The notes below the pieces were generated by a model. The model saw nothing but the letters and a program-made list of their open reading frames with translations. It had not been told where the DNA came from and made no database searches. Below are positions 55,211-64,000 of a stretch of DNA of 64,000 bases, piece by piece; position 1 is the stretch's first letter; the number at the start of each line of letters is the position of its first letter. The stretch comes from the human T2T-CHM13v2.0 reference genome, Homo sapiens: the NCBI RefSeq assembly GCF_009914755.1, contig NC_060938.1; one strand, written 5' to 3'. The position numbers and the translations under genes are program-made.

Positions 55211-55849
55211 GTCATACAGCTTTTAAGTGGTAGAGTTTGCTATGAATATTAAGTCTTTCTCTCTGGTCACTTATATCCTACTGTGACCCTCCAGTGCTAG
55301 GCACTTAGTAGCTGTTCAATTTTACTCATTGGTCAAATGTCCAATGGAGGATTGATGAATATGTAGATGATGGACTCCCCTGCCTCTCTCTTTCTGGGGG
55401 AGTATTCCACCTGAAGAGAAGGATGGCTACTCCAGGAACATCCCCTCAGGAATTGGTCTGAGTGGCTGAAGATGGAGTTACTGAGTTGCATTTTATTTCC
55501 TGTTGAGCTTGGATGTCTTCTCACCCTCACAATCCTATCACAGTCCCATAGTGAGAATTAATCTCAGGGAATGTGAGAGAATGCAAGACAAGCTGCTCTG
55601 AGTTCTGCATAAAAATAAAATCTGGAGATGAATGATGTTGGAGATACATCATTTCTGACTTGTCGAGGGTTTTTTCTTTTTGTGTAAGTATAATGCAGGA
55701 GATATATGAGTCCATTCCTGGATAGGGTGCTGGCTTCCCAAGGGGTTTGTACCAAGACTGGGGGCAGAGAAAGAGAGAGGGAGATAGACAGACAGACAGA
55801 GAGAGAGAGAGAGAGCAGGCAAGCAAGGAGGAAGGAGAGGCAGCATTGA

Positions 55850-57330
55850 GTATAAAAATGACAGATGCCCTGGTGTAAAAGGTGACAATTTGCCTACACA
55901 GTGAAATGGTTCTGTCAAGACATCAGGGTATTTGGGGGCCTGAATTCAGAAAGGAGGTGTTTGAAAATGCAGGCAGCCGGGAGCTCCTTCAGCCGACTCA
56001 GAGCTCCAGAAGTGATGTTTTGTAATTTTGCCTTATGATCTGTGAGGGTTTATCATGGCGCTAATCGGCCTAATGATGACGGGAACTCAGTTATTCCCAC
56101 TTAGATGCCAGGTTTTAAGTAATAATACATGCTCAGCAGGCCCCCTCGGCTGTGTGCTGGGAGGACCTGGTGGGGGATGGCCCCTTTGCAAGCTTCTGGT
56201 AAATGAGCCCAGCTCCCACAGGGCCATGTGGCTTCTCGGGCTGTGGGCTGTGGAAACAGCCCCCTCAGGCTGCCTGGGACCCTTCCTGGCTCCCCTCTGC
56301 CTGCTGGTCCTGACCTGAAGAAAGGACAGCTTTCCTGGTCCACCCATCGGGCTTGGGCATTGGTCATTAGAGACAGTGAAGGCTGCACAGGCCACTGCCC
56401 TTTTGGGTGGTGCCTGGTCTTGCTCCTTCAAGTTGCCACTCTTAATGGGGAAATTTAAAACCCCTTGTTCCCATGGACACCAGTGAGCTGCACAACCAAG
56501 ATTAATGGAGAACCATCGAGACCGGTCCTAAAAGATGGTCCCTCTTGTGGATTACGGTCTGTCACGCGACATCCATTAGCGCCGGAGCGCGGGGTCCTCA
56601 TCATGTTGGTATCATTGGGACCAGCGCACGCCACTGCAAGATGGCATTTCCACCGCGCATCAACAGATCATTTCACCACTGCTCAAGGCATCGTAAATTG
56701 GACTTATAGCTCAGCTGCTGGCATAAATAAGTCCCTTTGATAGTTAGTGGAAGACGTTATGACACTCCAGGGTACAGGAGGGGACATTGGCACTGTCATT
56801 TTTTTTCTCCAGCCCTGGCACCCTGGTGCCTGTGATCTTTCTGAAGATTCAGGGCACGCGCTCTTCATTACGGCTTGGGCACCAGGGACTTGTTTTTTTT
56901 GCAAGATTAATGAGCGCCACGGAAATTCTCCAGCGCATCTCGATAATTAAGTCTTTGTTTATCAAAAAACAAGTTATATTAGGAGCAGAAAATTCGCAGT
57001 AATTATTCATAATTCTAACAATTCAAGTATAGCTACCTCATTTGCCTGGGTAATTCTGCTTTTTAATTTCTTGCATACATTTGCATATTAATTTTGCCCG
57101 TCGGCTGCAGCAGGCTTGACAGTTTGCTACTATGTGATGGTTTTCACAGGGGTGCGACTCAGTTGGGTGGCATTTCGACTGGGTGCAATGATAAATTATG
57201 AATTTTCTAATTTGCTGCATAATGAAGTAACCCCTTCCAACCCAATTAAAAAGAATCAGGATCTGTTTTTTTTTTTTTTTTTTTTGGTAAATATATATTT
57301 TCCAGGTATCTCATCTTCTTTTCTTTGCTG
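55850..57330. promoter_or_regulatory. Candidate conserved non-coding enhancer cluster
   Basis: Repeat-free with retained CpGs; octamer, TCF/LEF, posterior-HOX and TAAT motifs. Conservation not checked. Confidence 0.6.
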
Positions 57331-58439
57331 TTTATAAACAAGGCATATATATATTTTCTCTTTGAAAAAAATCAGTGCTTGTATTTTCAGACATTGGGGT
57401 GATAATGTCTCACTATACACCAAAGGAGACTCAGAACTTGGGCTGCTCTAAATGATTCAGACCTTTGGTTGGTCACTCCTCAGCCTGCCTATCTAACAGG
57501 GTCCGGTCTGCTGGGCAAGTCTCTTTGAGTTTGAGTGGCAGCCTTGTGCATGGTATATGGAGGTGGTGGGGGTGGTGTGACAGCAGACACACAGGTTCAA
57601 GGGAAAAAATGGTTGGGGTTGCATTCTATCCATTTAAGTTTGTCCTACCCACAAATTAAGTACCAAGGCTCTTCAAGCTTCTTACTGAAAAGCAAACAAT
57701 AATAATAATAAATAAAAAATGCCCTGCTGAAAGATCCCTAGGCAGTATCTCTCTACCAGACATAGTTGTGAGAAGACCCAAGAAGAGGTGGAAGTGTGCA
57801 GAAGAAGTGTGCTTGGCGGGTATCTGTGGTTGAGTTAAAGATACGTATGGACAGCGGGTGAAGGGGCTGTTGCGGCTGGTGCGAGCCGTGGCATTTCATT
57901 TTCTATGCCAGGCCTGCTGAGCTGAGCAGAGGATCCAGGCAGCAGGCCGAGTGCCTTCCTGCCTTTCCAGATGGTTTTGGCATAACCCAGATAATATCTT
58001 CTAATGGTACAAAAAATAAATTATATAAAAAAGCTTTGTACAATCTTGTTGTAATTCTGATGTAAAACAATCCTTGCAAGTGGTGTGGTTTGGGCAGTTT
58101 AGCTTTGCTGGGAGTGCAAATAATTCTGAATAGGGGAGAGGAAAACTATCCCCTGCCTACTGGCATGCTAATCTCCTCTGCACTCCCCACACCTCCCCCA
58201 ACACTTAGCAGCTAGAGGAAGTGTGGCTCATGGAGCCTGAGCCCAGCTCCCAGCTCGGCTGTCAAGCACAGTATCATCTCAGCTACAGGCTTGATCCTTG
58301 AGTAATGTGGACAACCCCGAAGTGGAGGATGCAATTCAGGTACTGGTTACATTTCACACTAGGTGCAGACTGAACCACGAAGACCAGTGTGGCCAGCTTC
58401 CTGTGGACTCTTTCGTACAATATTCCCACAAAAGAATGT

Positions 58440-58700
58440 CCAGACTTCCCTTGTATGCCTCCAGTGACATGGGACTCACTGCTTCCCTGTGTCATTCCCT
58501 CTGTCTTTAGATAGTTCTACTTGTTAGAAACTACCTTCAAATATGCCTTCTTACAATTTCTCCTCACTGGTCCTAATTTTCTCCCCAGAGGCCACATAGG
58601 GCACACCAACTTTTTCCTCCTCATTCAATATTATGCTTCATCTCTTGTTTTCTGGAGGTTTAAAGTACCTATCTCTTCTCTCTGACTGTGCGGACCTGAG
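58440..58700 (-). mobile_element. L3/CR1 fragment
   Basis: cctccagtgac...ctcactgcttc...ttgttagaaa...ggtcctaattt. Confidence 0.55.
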
Positions 58701-59603
58701 GTCACATTACTGGCTTACGCTTTTCTGAATTACACCTGTGCCTTTCATAGGGCTAATTTCCAGTAGCTGCTAAAGTAGCACTTGCTGGTGGTTGTTTAAC
58801 CACTTACGTAAATTCATTGCAAAAGTCAATCCAGAGACTCCAATTGGGCAGTGTGAACTGGCAGTGTCAGGACACAGCTTCACAGGATGAGGCCTGGATT
58901 AGTCCCGAACAAAACAACCCCATTCTTAGAGGCTCCAAAAGACACCATAAATCGGGTGTCTCTTGCATGCTGTCATCTCTTGTTTCCTGGAGGTCTTTAG
59001 TGCTCATCTTTTTAGCTAGACTATATGCTCATTAAGATGTAACCTGGTTTCTCAATGCATATTTACTGGTGGATTCTAGCACCAGTCCAACCACTGACCA
59101 CAGAGTTATCTATTTTGGCCTTTTTAATCTGCAAGATGATCTTTTAATGGTTTACTCAATACTATTAATTGAGCTTCAACTCACTGTAGGCCATGTGCTT
59201 GTGATGGAAATATACTGTTTAGGAAAACAGGCATGATTCCTGCCCTCAGGGAGCTTTCTTGGTTTGCTTAAAATAGATGCTAGGTTGGGATAAGTGGTTT
59301 CCTGAACTATGTGCCACAGAGCCCTAGGGTTCCGTGGAGGTGTCTTGGAGGCAGAATTTTGATGGCCACTTCATGAAAAGATTAGAAAGATAATAATAAA
59401 ACAGTTAAGTAGCATTTACCATGTGTCAGGCTCTGTTCTAAATACTTGACATGTGTTAATTTACTTACGAGGTAGAGACTTATTATCACCATATTGCAGA
59501 GGAAGAAGCTTAGAAAAGACTGTCAGATTAAATACAGTATGCCCTGTTAAATCTGAATGTCAGATAAATAACACATTGTTTTTTAATATAAGTATGTCCT
59601 AAA

Positions 59604-60631
59604 GATAAGGGTCCAATCACATTCTTTTGCATGTGGAAATCCAGTTTTCCTAGTACCTTTCATTGAAAAGATTGTTTTTTCCCCATGTGTCTTCTTCACA
59701 CTGTTTCAAAAATTATTTGACTATATATGTTAGGCTCTCTATTCTATTCCATTGGCCTGTGTGTCTGTTCTTATGCCAGTACCATACTGTTTTGATTGCT
59801 ATAACTTTGTAATATAATTTTAAATCAGGAAGTGTGATGCCTCCAACTTTGTTTTTCTTTCTCAGAATTGCTTTGACTATTAGGGGCCTTTTGCGACTCC
59901 ATACAAATTCGAGAATTGTTTTTTGTATTTCTGTGCAGAATATCATTGCAATTTAGGGACTGCACTGAATTTGCATATTGCTTTGGGTAGCATAGACATG
60001 TTAACATGATTAATTCTTCCAATCCATCAACATAGGATATCTTTTTGTGTGTGTGTGTTTTCTTCAATTCTTTCATTAGAATTTCAGCATACAGATCTTT
60101 TACCTCCTTGGTTCAATTCATTCTTAAATCTTTTATTTTATTTTATTTTTGATGCTATTATAAATGAAAAATTTTTTTATTTCTTTTTCAGATAGGTCAT
60201 TATTCATGTGCAGAAATGCAACTTATTTTTGTATATTGATTTTGTATCCTGCAACTTTACTAAATTTATTAGTGAATTTAGTAAATTCACTAATAAATTT
60301 ATTAATAAATCATTTAATAAATTGACAAATAATTTAAAAATACATAAATAATTAATTTATGAAATTATCTTTATTAATAATATAATATAATATAAAATTG
60401 AATAGTGTAATATAAAATATAATAAATTGTATTTATTAATTTATAAATAAATAAATGAAAAATTATAAAGAAATTAATTAATGAAAAAATTTAATAAATT
60501 TATTAGTAAATTTACTACATTTACTAAATTAGTTCTAACAATATTTTTATGGACTCTTTGTGGGGTTTATACATATGGAATCATGTCATCTGCAAATATA
60601 ATTTTATTTCTTCCTTTCTGATTTGTATGCT
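59604..60631 (-). mobile_element. L1MA: inverted 5' segment (decayed ORF2 remnant)
   Basis: Minus-strand frame gives the ORF2-like peptide [36 protein letters not shown]. Confidence 0.92.
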
Positions 60632-61461
60632 TTATCTTACACCATACCTCAAAAATCAACTCAAAATATATACAAACCTAACTGAGACCTGAAACCATAA
60701 AAGTTTTAGAAGAAAACATAAAGGAAAAACTCCTGGACATTGGCCTTGGCAATGATTTTTTGGCTATCACACCAAAAATTCAGGCCACAAAAGTAAAATT
60801 AAATGGAACTACATCAAACTAAAAAGCTTTTGCACAACAAATGAAACAATAAAAAAGGAGGCCTGTGGATTGGCAAAAATGGCAAACCATTTATCAGATA
60901 AGGGATTAATATCCAAAGTGTACAAAGCACTCATACAACTCAATAACAGAAAGACAAACAGCTAGATTAAAAAACGGGCAAAGGACTCGAATAGACATGT
61001 GTTCAATGGAGACAAAAATGGCTAATAGGTGTATGAAAAGGTGCTCAACCTCACTAATCATCATGGGAGTGCAAATCAAAACTACAATGAGATATCAACT
61101 CACAAATGTTAGGATGGCTATTGTCAAAAAGACAAGAGATAACAAACTGTTAGGATGTAGAGAAAAGGGAGCCCTGTACCCTGTTGGTGGGAGCATAGAT
61201 TGGTGCAGTCATTGTGGACAACAGTATGGAGGTTCCTAAAGAAATTAAAAAAAGAACTGTCATGTGACCCAGTCATCCTTCTTCTTGGTATATACCAAAG
61301 AAAATGAAATCACCACCTCATCTGTTCTCCCATGTTCGTCACAGCATTATTTACAATAGGTAAGTTATGGAAACAACTGAAGTTTCCATCTACAAGTGGA
61401 AAAAGAAACCGTATATATATAATACAATAGAATATTAATTAGCCTTAAAAAAGATCCTGCT

Positions 61462-61751
61462 GGCCAGGTGCAGTGGTTTCTTCAGGTAATCTCAGCACTT
61501 TGGGAGGCTGAGGTGGATTACCTGAAGTTAGGAGTTTGAGACCAGCCTGACCAACATGGTGAAACCCGTTGTCTACTAAAAATACAAAAATTAGCTGGGT
61601 GTGGTGGTAGGTGCCTATAATCCCAGCTACTCAGGAGGCTGAGACAGGAGAAGCACTTGAACCCAGGAGGCGGAGGCTGCAGTGAGCTGAGATCGCACTA
61701 TTGCACTCCAGCCTGGGTGACAGAATGAAACTCTGTCTCAAAAAAAAAAAA
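61462..61751 (+). mobile_element. AluS in L1
   Basis: TSD aaaaaagatcctgc / aaaaaagattctgc. Confidence 0.93.
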
Positions 61752-62035
61752 AAAAAAGATTCTGCCATTTACCACACCATGGATGAAGCTGGAGGGGATT
61801 ATGCTAAGTGAAATAAGGCAGACACAGACAGAAAAATACTGCATGGTCTCACTTACATGTGAAATCTGAGATGATGGTGGTAGGGGAGAATGGGAAGTTG
61901 GAGATCAAAAGATACAAATTGCAAATATGTAGGATGAAAAAGTAGAGCTGTCTAATGTACCAGACGCGGATGATAGTTAATAACATTGTATTGTATTCAG
62001 GATTTTTGCTAACAGTAGATTTTAGGTATTCTTGC

Positions 62036-62037
<2 letters not shown>

Positions 62038-62078
<41 letters not shown>

Positions 62079-62084
62079 ACACAC
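62038..62084. repeat. (CA)n microsatellite
   Basis: Over 20 CA units with one GA interruption. Confidence 0.95.
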
Positions 62085-63406
62085 AGCGGCTATGTGAAAT
62101 GATAGATATGTGATAATTTGTTTAACTATAATAACCATTTCACTAGGTATATGTATATCAAAACATCATGTTATACACCTTAAAAATATACAATAAAATA
62201 TTTTTAAAGTACGTCTCAAATATTTCATGAAACATACTTCTACTATTGTTTTTCATTGTTTACCTAAAACTCAAATTTAATTGGACATTCTGTATTTTTA
62301 AACCTGGCAACCCTAAGCTGAGACATAGAGAAGTTTGGTTACTTAGTCAAGATCCTACAACTAGTAAGTGGTTTCAGAGTCTGCACTTTTGAGCCATTGT
62401 CCTTTCTCACTTTTACAAATTCACTATGAATATCAATTGAGCAAACAAAGTATAAACAATGCCTAACATTTGCCTTGGCATATAGCAGGCACTCCATAAA
62501 TGCCAGTTTCCTTCCCTCTTTCCCACCTGTTGAACCCTTTGGGCTCTGCTTAATGAAGTTACTGTTTTTCAGCCTTCCATCATCCCTTGAATTAAGTCAC
62601 CATTCTTTGCCACAGTCACTGCACTTTTGTTTATTCAATATTCTTCTTTAACTAATTTTAAACTTAAATATATTTACTTAAAAAGGAATTTTATATCACT
62701 ATTACAAATGGAAAATCGAGATCCCATGCCATAGATCGAAGGTAACTGTGAAATGTACGATGGAAATACACTTACAGAGTTTTGCCTACTGTGGGAGTTA
62801 GACTCAAAGGGAGACCTGCAAACATTAGAAAAATGCTATAGTCATCCTAGCATGCACCAGAGGCTTCCTATTGGATGTAATCAGAAAAAGATAACACGTG
62901 AATCAATTTTTTAAATGCTATGTCTGTAAGCCACCTAAAATCATTGTGTGTTCTCCCTCAGAGGGAAATGCCCCCACTTTTGGGAAACGACTGAATTAAT
63001 GACTAGGTCTAGGACATTTGACTAGCAAGCACAAAAGCAATGCACATGAAGCTTTCTGGTTCAGAGAGCCAAGGACCCGATAAGAGTAACTGTACTCTAG
63101 CATGACCATCACTTTTTAGATCTGCTATTATATAGTCGGCAAACTCCACCAGGACCTGGATGAGGCATCAAACGAGTGACCATGGCTCTCTTTTTGACAA
63201 CTGTGGTTCTTTCCAACTCTGAGACTCTATGAACGGGTGATATTCCTGTCCATATACCCAGCTTGATGGATAGACCCAGAGCTGTCCTCAAATGCCAATT
63301 TTAGTACTTGAGAGAGAGATTTAAGGCCAAGAATGGTAATTTTACATCAACTTCCCCTCTTGGTCTTAATTCCCTGGCCCTTAAACAGTAGGTCCTGATA
63401 TGTCTC

Positions 63407-63859
63407 TATCTCAGTTCATTCAGGCTGCTAAACAAAAGTACCATAGATTGGGTGGCTTAAACAATAAGTATTTATTTCTCATAGTCTGAAGTCTGGGGAG
63501 TCCAAGACCGAGGTGCTGGCAGGTCTGATGTCTGGTGACAGCTTGCTTCCTGGCTTATATACAGCACCTTCTCTTTGTAGTTTCATATGGGGAGAGAAGG
63601 AGGAGAAGAAGGGAGGGAGAGAAGGAGCTGGGGGAACTCTGTGTCTTTTCTTTTTTTAAAAAAATTCCATTTATTTATTTATTTTTACCCCAAGCTATTA
63701 AGCGTTAAGTGTCTTCTTATAATGGCACTAATCCCACACATAAGGGATCCACCCTCATGACCTAATCATCGCCTAAGAGCTCTATCCCCCAATACCATCA
63801 CAATGGGGGTTAGGATTTCAAGGTATGAATTTGGGGGACACAAACATTCATCCATAGCA
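63407..63859 (-). mobile_element. MLT1A-like solo LTR
   Basis: caggctgcta...gggttaggatttcaa...aaacattcatccatagca; TSD gtctc / atctc. Confidence 0.85.
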
Positions 63860-64000
63860 ATCTCTAAGCCCTTAACTTTTCTTATCGCCACCTGCACCCT
63901 CTCCATGACCTGCATGGATTTCCATCAGGGCCTTTTCTTACAATATTCTGCTTGGGAAAACATCAATCAGCACAAAGCCCTTCCTTCTGCCCTATGCCCT

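Larger units (their letters stand above)
60632..62206 (+). mobile_element. L1MA: direct 3' segment (ORF2 end plus 3' UTR)
   Basis: MKRCSTSLII...QIKTTMRYQLT; L1MA-type 3' UTR ending caataaaa. Confidence 0.92.
59515..62314. mobile_element. MER53 split by an L1 (left half about 59515-59603, right half about 62207-62314)
   Basis: aaatacagtatgccctgttaaatctgaatgtcagataaa... and ...caaatttaattggac...ctggcaaccct. Confidence 0.8.

Noticed and set aside
56500-56700. CpG-island promoter
   Set aside because: The CpG-rich part is too short and is embedded in AT-rich motif-dense DNA; an enhancer-type element fits better
59713-61239. L1 ORF2-like peptides as functional CDS
   Set aside because: Fragmented, frameshifted remnants of a truncated, inverted L1

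Overview
Primate (very probably human) non-coding genomic DNA. The window is dense in Alu, MIR, L1, L2 and L3/CR1, MaLR LTRs (THE1/MST/MLT1), ERV1 solo LTRs (MER4A, MER50) and hAT-type DNA transposons (MER1B, MER20, MER33, MER53). I find no supportable protein-coding exon, rRNA, tRNA or CRISPR array; the listed ORFs look like chance frames, and the longest sit in repeats. Several repeat-free blocks rich in homeodomain motifs (best at about 21.8-23.1 kb and 55.85-57.3 kb) look like conserved developmental enhancers, suggesting a gene desert or large intron near a developmental regulator, which I cannot name. The most unusual structures are mutational fossils: (1) a complex templated insertion at 28.4-28.7 kb with an inverted copy of sequence 1.3 kb downstream and hairpin junctions; (2) two fold-back palindromes at 39.4 kb and 60.3 kb; (3) a 5'-inverted (twin-primed) L1MA inside MER53 inside MIR; (4) a four-level nest of three MaLR LTR layers ending in a 27-bp Alu stub; (5) a 38-bp VNTR and several perfect short tandem duplications. 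Repeat subfamily names come from remembered consensus similarity and need RepeatMasker/Dfam confirmation. I found no evidence for a novel multi-gene system.
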